Position numbers and translations under genes: made by a program. Below are positions 33,675 through 42,746 of a stretch of 48,566 nt of DNA, piece by piece. The stretch's first letter is position 1. Every line of letters begins with the position of its first letter. Under the pieces are notes generated by a model. The model was given only the letters and a program-made list of their open reading frames with translations, did no database searches and had not been told where the DNA came from. The DNA is from Nitrospiraceae bacterium. GTDB lineage: Bacteria; Nitrospirota; Thermodesulfovibrionia; UBA6902. The stretch is from contig CP070788.1 of NCBI GenBank assembly GCA_020346765.1, positions 2,165,488-2,214,053 of the forward strand, written 5' to 3'.

Positions 33675-35108
33675 ATGAAGCACAAAAAGGCCCTTTTTAT
33701 TGTGCCCCCGACGGGGCTGTTTTACCGTGACGACCGGTGCCAGGTGTCGCTGAAGGGCGTGTCCAACGCGCCGCGGCCGCCGCTGGACCTTGCGTACATG
33801 TCAGCGGTCCTTGAGGAGAAGGGGATCGAGTGCCGGATGAGGGACTACCCCGTTGAAGGGGGGAGCTGGCAGGATGTGGAAGAGGAGATCAGGGGCTTTG
33901 CGCCGTCGCTGCTGGTGATCTACACGACGATTACGTCGGTGAAGGATGACCTGCGTGCCTGCGGGATCGCCAAGGCGGTGAAGGGGGAGATCGTGACCAT
34001 AGCCAAGGGGGGAGACACCACGATCAGCCCTGAGGAGCGGCTTGAGCTCTGTGAAGACCTGGACATAGCCATTATCGGGGAGCCTGAGGTGACCATGCTG
34101 GAGATAGCCGAGGGGCGTGAGCGGAAGGAGATCCTGGGGATCTGCTTTCGGGAGGAGGGGCGAGTGGTCAGGACGGGGCGGCGTCCTTTTGTGGAGGATA
34201 TCGACCGGTTCCCCTTTCCGTCGCGGCACCTCCTTAAGCAGGAGCTCTATGTGAGGCCCGACACGGGGGAGGTGCAGACAACGGTGCAGTCCAGCCGGGG
34301 GTGTCCAGCCAAATGCATCTACTGCCTGAGCCGTGTGGTGGCAGGGGCGGAGCTGAGGCTGAGGTCGCCGGGGAATGTGGTGGATGAGCTGGAGCACTGT
34401 GTGCGGGAGTACGGGATCAGGAACTTTTTTTTCCGGGCGGACACCTTTACCTGGGACCGGGAGTGGGTGGTGGCGGTGTGCCGGGAGATCCTGAGGAGGA
34501 AGCTGGACATCCAGTGGGTGGCGAACAGCCGGGCGAACACGATCTGCGCGGAGCGGCTCATGTGGATGAAGAGGGCGGGGTGCTGGCTGGTGTCCTTCGG
34601 GGTAGAGAGCGGGAACCAGTATATCCTGGACATGACGCAGAAGGGGATAACCCTTCAGGAGTCGCGGGAGGCGCTGAGGCTGGCGAAGAAGCACGGGCTG
34701 AAGACCTTTGTGACCTTTCTGATCGGGATGCCCTGGGACACGCGTGAGACGATCATGGAGACCTTTGACTTTGCCCGGGAGATCGACGGGGACTACTTTG
34801 AGGTGATCCTGCCCTATCCGTTTCCGGGGACACGGTACTATGAAATTGCGAAGCGTGACGGGCTGATAGAGGAAGGGGCCTATGACAAATTCTATGACCA
34901 CTTCAACTCCGTGGTGAGGACCTATCACCTGACTGCTGCTGAGCTTACGGAGCTGAAGAAGAAGTCCTTCTGGTATCTGTACGCACGGCCCCGGTACATC
35001 AAAAAGATCATATCCCAGTGCGACTCGCCCAGGGCGCTGAAAAACTACCTCTCCTTCGGCATCAGCAAGATGAAGGCCCATTTCGGAGGGGAGCCAGGGA
35101 GAAGATGA
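33675..35108 (+). CDS. B12-binding-domain radical SAM protein (class B)
   Basis: An N-terminal cobalamin-binding-like Rossmann region (ALFIVPP...PPLDLAYMSAVLEEKGIE) is followed by the radical SAM cluster motif SSRGCPAKCIYC and a GVESG motif. Confidence 0.85.
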   Translation: MKHKKALFIVPPTGLFYRDDRCQVSLKGVSNAPRPPLDLAYMSAVLEEKGIECRMRDYPVEGGSWQDVEEEIRGFAPSLLVIYTTITSVKDDLRACGIAKAVKGEIVTIAKGGDTTISPEERLELCEDLDIAIIGEPEVTMLEIAEGRERKEILGICFREEGRVVRTGRRPFVEDIDRFPFPSRHLLKQELYVRPDTGEVQTTVQSSRGCPAKCIYCLSRVVAGAELRLRSPGNVVDELEHCVREYGIRNFFFRADTFTWDREWVVAVCREILRRKLDIQWVANSRANTICAERLMWMKRAGCWLVSFGVESGNQYILDMTQKGITLQESREALRLAKKHGLKTFVTFLIGMPWDTRETIMETFDFAREIDGDYFEVILPYPFPGTRYYEIAKRDGLIEEGAYDKFYDHFNSVVRTYHLTAAELTELKKKSFWYLYARPRYIKKIISQCDSPRALKNYLSFGISKMKAHFGGEPGRR

Positions 35109-35339
35109 AGGGCGGTATAAAAAAGAGTCTTTACCGGAGGCAGAAAACTTTCTTGACATGAACAGAACGGCAATCTCTATAGGTGATCTCATGTAAAGGG
35201 CATATGCTCCTCGTTCTCACGGGAAGCATAGGGGAGGATGTTGCTCGAACGTACGAGAGGGCCCTGTACCAAGCGGGGTAACAGGTTTTCCCAGGGGGAG
35301 GGCAGGAAGAGAGGCCGTTCCAGCGAAAGGAGGAATACA

Positions 35340-35834
35340 ATGAAGAGACAGGATATCGTACTGATCGTGGTTTTTGTTTCTGCCCTGGCGGGTGCGCCTG
35401 GGCGCAATCACGAAGCATTTGCCTGTGGATGCGGCGGTCACGGTCATGGCTCATCCGCTTCTGCCGGCCAGAGCGTTCCCCTTCCGATGATGGTCCTGCC
35501 CATGCCCATATATGAAAAATGGAAGATGATGGATGTTGTTCATGCCTTCACAGAACAGGGGCTGGTATTCAGGGCCAATGAAGAAAAACCTTTGACAGGC
35601 CATACCATTTCATTCGATCTCAGTTTAGGGGAAGGGTTTCACGGGCGCATCGAGACATTCAGGGAAGAGGCTGAGCTTAAAGAGAAACAGGCGCTCTATC
35701 TCAGGCTTAATACGAGCGGCGAGCTGCACACATGGTCTTTTGTCAGGGATAATGTTCTTCTCATTCTTCCGGGGGTGATTCCGGAGGTGACGGCACGAAA
35801 TTACGAACGCGCCTTGTACAGCTTAAGTAAATAG
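35340..35834 (+). CDS. Hypothetical secreted protein or lipoprotein with a Cys/His/Gly-rich N-terminal segment
   Basis: The preferred start is the ATG at 35340, preceded by AAAGGAGGA. The signal peptide is MKRQDIVLIVVFVSALAGAPG, followed by AFACGCGGHGHGSSASAG. No family was recognised. Confidence 0.55.
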   Translation: MKRQDIVLIVVFVSALAGAPGRNHEAFACGCGGHGHGSSASAGQSVPLPMMVLPMPIYEKWKMMDVVHAFTEQGLVFRANEEKPLTGHTISFDLSLGEGFHGRIETFREEAELKEKQALYLRLNTSGELHTWSFVRDNVLLILPGVIPEVTARNYERALYSLSK

Positions 35835-35861
35835 GAAACTGATTGACAGGGGATGAAGCAG

Positions 35862-37124
35862 CTAGATCTTGGTGACCTTGATCTTCTCGATCTTCTTGCC
35901 GTCCATTTCAAGGATGAGAAACCTGAGGCCGTGATACCGGAGCTGCTCGCCTGTCTTGGGGAGGTGGCCGAAGAGGCCGAAGAGGAACCCCCCGATGGTG
36001 TGGAACTCTTCGCTGAGGATATCCGTGCCGACCAGCTCGTTGATTTCATCTATGCCTGTGGACCCTGAAACGATGAAGGTTCGCTCATCCAGGATCTCCA
36101 CCTCTTTTTCCGCTTCGATTGCCTCAAATTCATCCTGCAGGCCGCCGACGATTTCCTCCATGATGTCTTCCAGCGTGATGAGGCCGGCAGTGCCCCCGTG
36201 CTCATCAACGATGATTGCAATCTGAAATTTCTTCTTCTGCATCTCATCAAGGAGGGCAGTCACCATTTTGCTTTCGGGGATGTAGTAGGCGTCCCTTACA
36301 AAGTGTCTGATCGGCGCGCCGGGCGGGACGGACTCTTCCGCCATTTTTCTGATAATGTCCTTTACATAAAGGACCCCCGTTATGTTGTCCACGGTTTCCT
36401 TGATCACGGGATACCGGGAGTAGCCCTTCTCTGAAACCAGGGACAGCACGTCTGAGACCAGGGCCTCCTCCTGGATGGCAACTATTTCCGTCCTGGGCAC
36501 CATGGCCTCAGTGACCCGCTTGTCGCCGAAGGCGAAGATGTTGTGGAGCATTTCCTTTTCTTCCTTTTCAATGGCCCCTTCCTCTTCCCCGATCTTGATC
36601 ATTGCCTTCATCTCTTCTTCCGTGAGCAGGTGGGGGACAGGCTTGACCTCTCCGCCAAAAACCCTGATGATGAAATTGGAAAGTTTGTTGAAAATAAAGA
36701 CAAAGGGTGAAATGAGCCTCATGTACAGTTCGAGGGGTCTCGCCAGTGTGAGGGATATTTTTTCCGCGTGGCTCACGGCAAAGGTCTTGGGGGCCAGTTC
36801 CCCGAAGATGACCGTGAGGAAGGTCATGGCAACCGTTGCCACGACAATGCCGATGTCCTCGCCGAGGTAGGCGATCGACAGGGCCGTACCCACTGACGTG
36901 GCGAGGACGGTAAAGAGGTTGCCGGAGAGGATGACGGCGCTGAAGAGGCGGTCATGTTCATCACGGATCCGCTGGGCTATCTCAGCTTTTTTGTTGCCCT
37001 TTTCAGCCAAATGCCTGAGCCTGATCCTGTTGAGGGAGATGAAGGCAACTTCAGAGCCGGACAGAAGGGCAATGAAGAGAATGCAGACAGCGATGATGAA
37101 AAAACCTGTGGGGTCAGGGTCCAT
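35862..37124 (-). CDS. CNNM/HlyC/CorC-family transporter (DUF21 + CBS pair + CorC_HlyC domain)
   Basis: An N-terminal 4-TM DUF21 region (SGSEVAFISL...) is followed by a CBS pair (VTEAMVPRTEIVAI...) and a C-terminal transporter-associated domain (TIGGFLFGLFGHLPKTGE). Confidence 0.85.
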   Translation of the reverse strand: MDPDPTGFFIIAVCILFIALLSGSEVAFISLNRIRLRHLAEKGNKKAEIAQRIRDEHDRLFSAVILSGNLFTVLATSVGTALSIAYLGEDIGIVVATVAMTFLTVIFGELAPKTFAVSHAEKISLTLARPLELYMRLISPFVFIFNKLSNFIIRVFGGEVKPVPHLLTEEEMKAMIKIGEEEGAIEKEEKEMLHNIFAFGDKRVTEAMVPRTEIVAIQEEALVSDVLSLVSEKGYSRYPVIKETVDNITGVLYVKDIIRKMAEESVPPGAPIRHFVRDAYYIPESKMVTALLDEMQKKKFQIAIIVDEHGGTAGLITLEDIMEEIVGGLQDEFEAIEAEKEVEILDERTFIVSGSTGIDEINELVGTDILSEEFHTIGGFLFGLFGHLPKTGEQLRYHGLRFLILEMDGKKIEKIKVTKI

Positions 37125-37127
37125 GGG

Positions 37128-38207
37128 CTAGCCGGTCATTTTACTGATGATCGCGTCAGCCATGCCTGACGTGGTCGCGGCCGTGGGGTCATCGGGGCGG
37201 GGCTTCAGGTCATAGGTGACGTCCTTCCCCTCCCTGACTACATCGGCGACTGCTCGGTCGAGCCGTTCTGCGGCCTCTGCCTCTCCGAGGTGGCGAAGCA
37301 TCATGACCCCGCTCAGTATCATCGCAAGGGGGTTGACCTTGTTCAGGCCCTTGTATTTGGGGGCGCTTCCGTGGGTTGCCTCAAACACGGCATAGTCATC
37401 GCCTATGTTCGCCCCGGGAGCCATGCCGAGACCCCCCACAAGGCCGGCTGCGAGGTCCGATACAATGTCACCGTAGAGGTTTTCCATGACGAGCACATCA
37501 TAGAGCTGCGGCTTCTGAACGAGCTGCATGCACATATTATCGATGATCCTGTCCTCAAATTCAATGTCCGGGTAGTCTTTTGCCACGTTCCGGGACACCT
37601 CCAGGAACAGTCCGTCGGAGAACTTCATGATATTCGCCTTGTGCACGGAAGTGACTTTCCTGCGCCCGTTTTTCCTTGCGTACTCAAAGGCAGCACGGAC
37701 GATGCGCTCAGAGCCGAAGACAGAAATCGGCTTGATGCTTATTCCCGAGTCCTCGCGGATGCTGCGCTCCGACATCCGTCTGACCAGGTCGATAACGGCC
37801 TTAGCCCCCTCTGAGCCCTTCTGGTACTCTATGCCGGCATAAAGGTCTTCCGTGTTCTCCCGGAAGATCACGATGTCGATATTATCGTAGATGGTTTTCG
37901 CACCCTGGTATGACTTGCAGGGTCTGACGCAGCTGTACAGGTCGAGGGCCTGGCGCAGGGTGACGTTGACGCTCCTGAACCCTTTGCCCACGGGTGTGGT
38001 GATGGGCCCCTTGATTGCGACCCTGTTCTTTTTTATTGATTCAAGGACTCTGTCGGGAAGGGGTGTGCCCTCTCTGTTGTACACGTCCTCGCCCGCGTCC
38101 TGGACATCCCACTGGAAGGGGCCCCCTGTTGCTTCCAGTACCCGCTTCGCTGCTTCCGTGATCTCGGGGCCTGTGCCGTCCCCGGGGATCAGTGTTATGG
38201 TATGCAT
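37128..38207 (-). CDS. icd: Isocitrate dehydrogenase, NAD-IDH-like member of the isocitrate/isopropylmalate dehydrogenase family
   Basis: [54 protein letters not shown] and [19 protein letters not shown] are present. Substrate specificity is not provable from sequence alone. Confidence 0.7.
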   Translation of the reverse strand: MHTITLIPGDGTGPEITEAAKRVLEATGGPFQWDVQDAGEDVYNREGTPLPDRVLESIKKNRVAIKGPITTPVGKGFRSVNVTLRQALDLYSCVRPCKSYQGAKTIYDNIDIVIFRENTEDLYAGIEYQKGSEGAKAVIDLVRRMSERSIREDSGISIKPISVFGSERIVRAAFEYARKNGRRKVTSVHKANIMKFSDGLFLEVSRNVAKDYPDIEFEDRIIDNMCMQLVQKPQLYDVLVMENLYGDIVSDLAAGLVGGLGMAPGANIGDDYAVFEATHGSAPKYKGLNKVNPLAMILSGVMMLRHLGEAEAAERLDRAVADVVREGKDVTYDLKPRPDDPTAATTSGMADAIISKMTG

Positions 38208-38563
38208 AGGTCAGTACCTCGGTGTTGCCGTGAGTATCTCTGATCCTTCGGCAGGATGTTCAGCGTTCAATGGCAGTTCATCATCAGGGAGGGGCTTATG
38301 CCTGTGCAGACGGGCATTCATGATATTCACTTCATGATTCAGGGGTGGAAAGCCCGACCAGTTCTGAAATATTCCCCCGTTATCGGGACAGGGATTGATC
38401 AAGGTCTTTGCCAGCCCGATCAGCAGAATGCGCGAGGTCTGCACACTGTCTCTGATGGTAGCATCAATAAGATCAACGGCTTTCATGGGAAGGTTATTTA
38501 ACCATATCTGATCGGATATTTACAACCGGAGCAGAGATTGACACATACCCTTACATATGAATA

Positions 38564-39718
38564 ATGTATAGGTATACAGCCGCATACATTGCAACCGGGA
38601 TATCAGCAAGGAATGTCATTTCTGTGAGTGAGGAGAGCGTAAAAAGGGAAACGCAACAGGGCCTTCGTCGGCCAGGTGCCACAGGACCGATCCTTGTTGT
38701 GGACGATGACCCCTATGTCCTTGAGATCTCGTCGAAGGTCCTCGAGGAAAAGGGATATCCTGTTATCCCCTGCACCTGCGGGGAAGAGGCCCTCACGCGG
38801 CTTCGGAACAATCATGCCCGCCTTATTATCACGGATATCAAGATGCCCGGAATCTCGGGGATTGAACTCCTCGAACGCATACACGGCCTGTACCCCAAAA
38901 TGCCCGTTATCCTCATGACGGGCTTTGCCGAGCTTGACATGGCGATCAAGGCCGTGAAAAAGGGTGCCTTTGATTTTATCACCAAGCCGTACAATCCGGA
39001 ATATCTCATCCATACCATCGAGAAGGCGGACCGTTACGCCGAGCTGCTCCAGCTCGAAGAAGACTACCGGCTCAGGCTCGAGGAGACGGTGAAGCAGCAG
39101 ACCGATGAGATATTCAACCTGAGCAGAGAGGTGATAAACCGTCTCACTGCAGTGGCAGAGTTCAGAGACGTGGAGACAGGGGCCCACATATCGAGGATCG
39201 GCCTTTATGCCAAAAAGCTTGGGGAAGCGCTTGACCTGCCGCTGTACTTTATCGACGGCCTGACCTATTCAAGCGCCCTTCATGACATCGGAAAGATCGG
39301 GATTCCCGATACGATACTTCTGAAACCCGGGCAGCTGGACCACGACGAGTTCCAGATCATGAAGTCCCACACAACGATCGGGGCAAACATCCTTGCCGAT
39401 TCCCTGCATGCCTATATCCAGCTCGGCGCCTCCATTGCACTGCATCATCATGAGCGGTGGGACGGAACCGGGTACCCAAAGGGGCTGGCGGGCGAGACAA
39501 TTCCCCTTGAAGGGCGAATTGTTATCCTCTGCGACCAGTATGACGCGCTGATCAGCAAAAGGCCCTACAAACCTCCTCTGGAGCACGCTGACGTTGTAAA
39601 GATCATTACAGAGGGAGACGGCAGGACCCTCCCCGGGCACTTTGACCCCGAGGTTTTAAGGGCGTTCAGGCAAGTCGCGCCTGTATTTGAAGAGATTCAT
39701 GCCGGGAATCAGGACTGA
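38564..39718 (+). CDS. Response regulator with an HD-GYP output domain (c-di-GMP phosphodiesterase, RpfG-like); start uncertain
   Basis: The REC domain is ILVVDDDPYV...ITDIKMPGISG...K. The HD-GYP domain carries HDIGKIGIPD and HHERWDGTGYPKGL. There are about 40 aa of doubtful N-terminal extension and no clear SD. Confidence 0.85.
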   Translation: MYRYTAAYIATGISARNVISVSEESVKRETQQGLRRPGATGPILVVDDDPYVLEISSKVLEEKGYPVIPCTCGEEALTRLRNNHARLIITDIKMPGISGIELLERIHGLYPKMPVILMTGFAELDMAIKAVKKGAFDFITKPYNPEYLIHTIEKADRYAELLQLEEDYRLRLEETVKQQTDEIFNLSREVINRLTAVAEFRDVETGAHISRIGLYAKKLGEALDLPLYFIDGLTYSSALHDIGKIGIPDTILLKPGQLDHDEFQIMKSHTTIGANILADSLHAYIQLGASIALHHHERWDGTGYPKGLAGETIPLEGRIVILCDQYDALISKRPYKPPLEHADVVKIITEGDGRTLPGHFDPEVLRAFRQVAPVFEEIHAGNQD

Positions 39719-39737
39719 TTGAAAGAGGGCTTACCCT

Positions 39738-40331
39738 TTATTTCCAGCGGGGGAAAAGGCTGTGGCTGATTCCGGCACTGTCCAGTATCTTCCCAACGAC
39801 AAAACTGACCATGTCCCTGATGTCCTTCGGATTCTGGTAAAATGCCGGAATCGGCGGCGCGATGGTGACGCCCATGCGGGCAAGCCTGAGCATGTTTTCG
39901 AGGTGGATGGCACTGAAGGGCATCTCACGGGGAGAGAGGATCAGCTTTCTTCCCTCCTTAAGCGCCACATCAGCGGCCCGCTCAATAAGGTTGTTTGCAT
40001 AGCCGCAGGCAATGCCTGACAGCGTCTTCATGGAGCAGGGCACCACGAACATCGCCCCTGTGACAAAAGAGCCGCTCGACATGGGGGCGGCGAGGTTGTC
40101 TTCGCTGAAATACCAGATCTTTCCGGAAGAAAAGTGCCCACGGATCCTCTGCTCTGTTTCCGCATCTGATGCTCCCCGCAGGACAAGACCGGTTTCATGT
40201 TCAATAATGGAGAAGGCCGTTTCAGAAACGCACAGATGGACATCCTCCGGGGTCCTGAGCAGCTCCTCAACAAGCCTGAGGCCGTAAACGGAGCCGCTGG
40301 CCCCTGAGATCGCCACAATGTAGGGGTTCAT
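39738..40331 (-). CDS. ubiX: Flavin prenyltransferase UbiX
   Basis: The start is taken at MNPYIVAISGASGSVYGLRL. Its ATG forms an ATGA overlap with the rsmG stop. The longer track ORF (to 40511) would overlap rsmG by 184 nt. The PCSMKTLSGIA motif is present. Confidence 0.85.
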   Translation of the reverse strand: MNPYIVAISGASGSVYGLRLVEELLRTPEDVHLCVSETAFSIIEHETGLVLRGASDAETEQRIRGHFSSGKIWYFSEDNLAAPMSSGSFVTGAMFVVPCSMKTLSGIACGYANNLIERAADVALKEGRKLILSPREMPFSAIHLENMLRLARMGVTIAPPIPAFYQNPKDIRDMVSFVVGKILDSAGISHSLFPRWK

Positions 40332-40981
40332 TGTTTCATTGTACATGAAAGGACGACCAAATTTCTTTGTGCGTCCGTAAAGGGCAGGGGCACTTTTTTC
40401 ACGTCCTGCACGGCCCCCGTGCCAGGGGAACCCCGAAGCTCCTCGACCTCTTCGACGGCCTTCGGTCCCTTGTTCAGAACAAGAATTCCCCCGGGCTTTG
40501 CATAGGGGCATGCACGGGAGAGGAACTCCCTGATCCTGAAAGCTGCCCGTGATACAATGATGTCATAGGATCCCTCATGCTCCCTGCCCAGGTTCTCCAG
40601 GCGCTCCTGGACAACGGATATTCCCCCCATACCCAGCGTTCTGATAATGTGACGCAGGAAGGCGGCCTTTTTCCGCGACGACTCAATGAGCGTCACCTCA
40701 AGGTCAGGCCTGATGATTTTCAGAGGGACTCCCGGGAACCCCGCTCCTGACCCCGCGTCGGCAAGCTCCAGCGATCCCTCGGGGATCGCTCTGAGGTAGA
40801 GCAGCGAGTCCAGAATATGCCGGGTGACCATGCCCTGCTCATCCTTGACGGCAGTGAGATTGTATGCCCTGTTCCATTTCCTGAGTTCCTTCAGATAGAC
40901 CATGAAGGCACATATGTGCTCTTCAGAATATGAGATTCCTAATTCCTCCAGGCCCTTTTTCAGAAGTTCAGTCGTGGTCAT
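40328..40981 (-). CDS. rsmG: 16S rRNA (guanine527-N7)-methyltransferase
   Basis: WNRAYNLTAV...HILDSL and the SAM motif LADAGSGAGFPGVPLKI are typical of GidB/RsmG. Confidence 0.9.
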   Translation of the reverse strand: MTTTELLKKGLEELGISYSEEHICAFMVYLKELRKWNRAYNLTAVKDEQGMVTRHILDSLLYLRAIPEGSLELADAGSGAGFPGVPLKIIRPDLEVTLIESSRKKAAFLRHIIRTLGMGGISVVQERLENLGREHEGSYDIIVSRAAFRIREFLSRACPYAKPGGILVLNKGPKAVEEVEELRGSPGTGAVQDVKKVPLPFTDAQRNLVVLSCTMKQ

Positions 40982-41121
40982 GACAATAACATACAGGATG
41001 TTACGGGTGCTCCGCAGTGTCAGGCACGTCCATCTTTTCCGAAGAACGCTGATGGCATCATGCAGGCGCTGTGAGAAATATTATATGTCCATATCTGAAT
41101 GGGGGCAACAGGCTATGGACC

Positions 41122-41463
41122 CTACAGCTTTATCAAAAGCCACTGGCTGTCTTTAAGATGAACCAGGCTGTATTTCCCCTGTAGTCTCTCGCCGGACAGT
41201 GCAACAACGATGGATTTTTCTGATTCAGACACCATGTCATAGGTTCCGCTGTCCCAGATGCTGACCGTGCCTGCACCGTATTCGCCTTCAGCAATTTCTC
41301 CTTCAAACCCGAGGTAATCCAGTTCATGGTCTTCCACCTGGATTGCAAGGCGCCTGACCAGCTTCTTTTCAGGCACGCCCTTTGGCACTGCCCAGCTTTT
41401 CAGGACTCCATCTTTTTCAAGACGGAAGTCCCAGTGCAGATGACGCGCGTGGTGTTCCTGCAC
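41122..41463 (-). CDS. Stand-alone LigD 3'-phosphoesterase (PE, LigD_N) domain protein
   Basis: (FV)VQEHHARHLHWDFRLEKDGVLKSWAVPKGVP....RLAIQVEDHELDYLGFEGEI.EGEYGAGTVSIWDSGTY matches the LigD PE-domain consensus. It has a GTG start. Confidence 0.75.
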   Translation of the reverse strand: MQEHHARHLHWDFRLEKDGVLKSWAVPKGVPEKKLVRRLAIQVEDHELDYLGFEGEIAEGEYGAGTVSIWDSGTYDMVSESEKSIVVALSGERLQGKYSLVHLKDSQWLLIKL

Positions 41464-41474
41464 AACGAAGCGGC

Positions 41475-42188
41475 TCAGGGGACCGTCCCCACATGCACGG
41501 TCGTGATGCCGAAGCTCAGCGTGTGGTAGTGCACATCATGCAATCCCGATTCTTCCATAGCCTCTTTGAGTTTCTCCGGAGGCGGAAAGTTGAGCATGGA
41601 ATCGGGGAGGTACTGGTAAGCCCCTTTTTTGCCGGAGATGATCTCTCCGATGAAGGGAAGGATCCTGGTGATGTAGAAGACATAAAGCGGCCTGAAGAAC
41701 CCGCTCTGGACGCTGGCAAACTCAAGAATAACGACCTTCCCCCCGCTTTTCACGACCCTCCCCATTTCACTGATGCCTTTCCGGTAGTCCCTCACATTGC
41801 GTATCCCGAAGGCAATGATCGAGGCGTCGAAGGAGTTGTCCTCAAAGGGCAGGGTCGTGGCGTCGGCAAAGCGGACCTCGATCCTCTCCTGGTTTCCGCT
41901 CTTTCTTACCTTTTCCCGGCCCAGCTCCAGCATGCCTTCGCTGAAATCAACACCCACCACCTTCGCGCCCGGGCCCTGGCGCCTGATTATCTCCAGGGCT
42001 ACGTCACAGGTACCCGTGGCAACATCGAGGAATACTCCTTTGCTGACCGCGGGAAGCTGGCTTACGGCAAAGGTCCTCCAGCGGCGGTCAATTCCCAGGC
42101 TGAGGACCCTGTTGAGGAGGTCATAGCGGCGGGCTATGGTTGAGAACATTGACTGGATCTTTGCCGGGTCTTTTGCTGGGCTGTCCAT
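41475..42188 (-). CDS. ubiE: Demethylmenaquinone / ubiquinone C-methyltransferase
   Basis: The start is taken at MDSPAKDPAKIQSMFSTIARRYDLLNRVLSLGIDRRWR, the canonical UbiE/MenG N-terminus. The SAM motif is VFLDVATGTCD. The track ORF extends 27 implausible codons further, to 42269. Confidence 0.85.
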   Translation of the reverse strand: MDSPAKDPAKIQSMFSTIARRYDLLNRVLSLGIDRRWRTFAVSQLPAVSKGVFLDVATGTCDVALEIIRRQGPGAKVVGVDFSEGMLELGREKVRKSGNQERIEVRFADATTLPFEDNSFDASIIAFGIRNVRDYRKGISEMGRVVKSGGKVVILEFASVQSGFFRPLYVFYITRILPFIGEIISGKKGAYQYLPDSMLNFPPPEKLKEAMEESGLHDVHYHTLSFGITTVHVGTVP

Positions 42189-42502
42189 GGGATAGAGAAT
42201 TATAAACCAAAGCGGGAAGAGAATGCAGGGGAACGCCTTTCCATGGAAGGGACACCGGGATAAAGGCACAGAGGAGGCGCAAAGGGGGGCCTGAGGAGGA
42301 ATTTCTATACGACACTGATGAAAAAGAGATGTGAGTCTGGAGTTATGAGTTAAGCAAGTCAGGATTTATGATTAGCTCGAAGCGAACTGTAATATGGTGT
42401 TTGTCGATTATAGAAATTCCGAGGCAGGTTGCTCTTTGCGCCCGTAAAGATATTAACTGAAAGTCAAGATGTTGGGAATTAATAACATAAACGTGAATGA
42501 GG

Positions 42503-42632
42503 AGAGAGGGCACCAGCCTTTTCACTCATTCTCGACGAACATTCTGTTCGTCTCCGAGGTATTTTTTTGACAAAACCTCCTGTTTTGTCTTTTCAAAAAA
42601 TAAATCCATTCAAAGGCTGGTTGCCTTCTCTC
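42503..42632. repeat. ~130-nt structured palindromic repeat, copy C
   Basis: The twin-hairpin core is the same, with loops ATTCT and CTCCT. The terminal stem has changed on both sides (CCAGCCTTT paired with AAAGGCTGG) yet remains complementary. Confidence 0.8.
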
Positions 42633-42746
42633 TGTGTACCGCCCTGCCGTACATTTCATGAATGATGACGTTAAAACGCCGGCAATTATATTTTAGTTGC
42701 GCACTGCCCGTGCGCCCGTCAGGCCCCCGTAAGTTATAATCAACCT

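Noticed and set aside
33801-35192. 463-aa minus-strand ORF antisense to the radical SAM gene
   Set aside because: The translation is Pro/Arg/Leu/His-rich low-complexity sequence with no motifs. The plus-strand frame carries clear B12-binding and CxxxCxxC radical SAM signatures. The open antisense frame is a by-product of strong codon bias.
38211-38486. 91-aa minus-strand ORF just upstream of icd (and the 81-aa plus-strand ORF opposite it)
   Set aside because: There is no SD; the sequence before the ATG is CCTTCCC. No family was recognised. The region is probably the shared promoter and leader region of icd and the HD-GYP regulator. It could not be excluded completely.
39722-39745. Hairpin between the convergent HD-GYP and ubiX genes as a bidirectional terminator
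   Set aside because: The stem is only about 6 bp with a G-U pair and the U tracts are poor. This is too weak to report as a feature.
40332-40511. N-terminal 60-codon extension of ubiX in the track ORF
   Set aside because: It would overlap rsmG by 184 nt and encodes Arg/Gly-rich filler. The ATGA-coupled start at 40331 gives the canonical UbiX N-terminus.
41382-42143. 253-aa plus-strand ORF
   Set aside because: It is antisense to ubiE and the LigD-PE gene and has no motifs.
42189-42269. N-terminal 27-codon extension of ubiE (GTG at 42269)
   Set aside because: The extension (MPLSRCPFHGKAFPCILFPLWFIILYP) is unlike UbiE N-termini. The internal ATG is preceded by a TATAAT and begins the conserved region.
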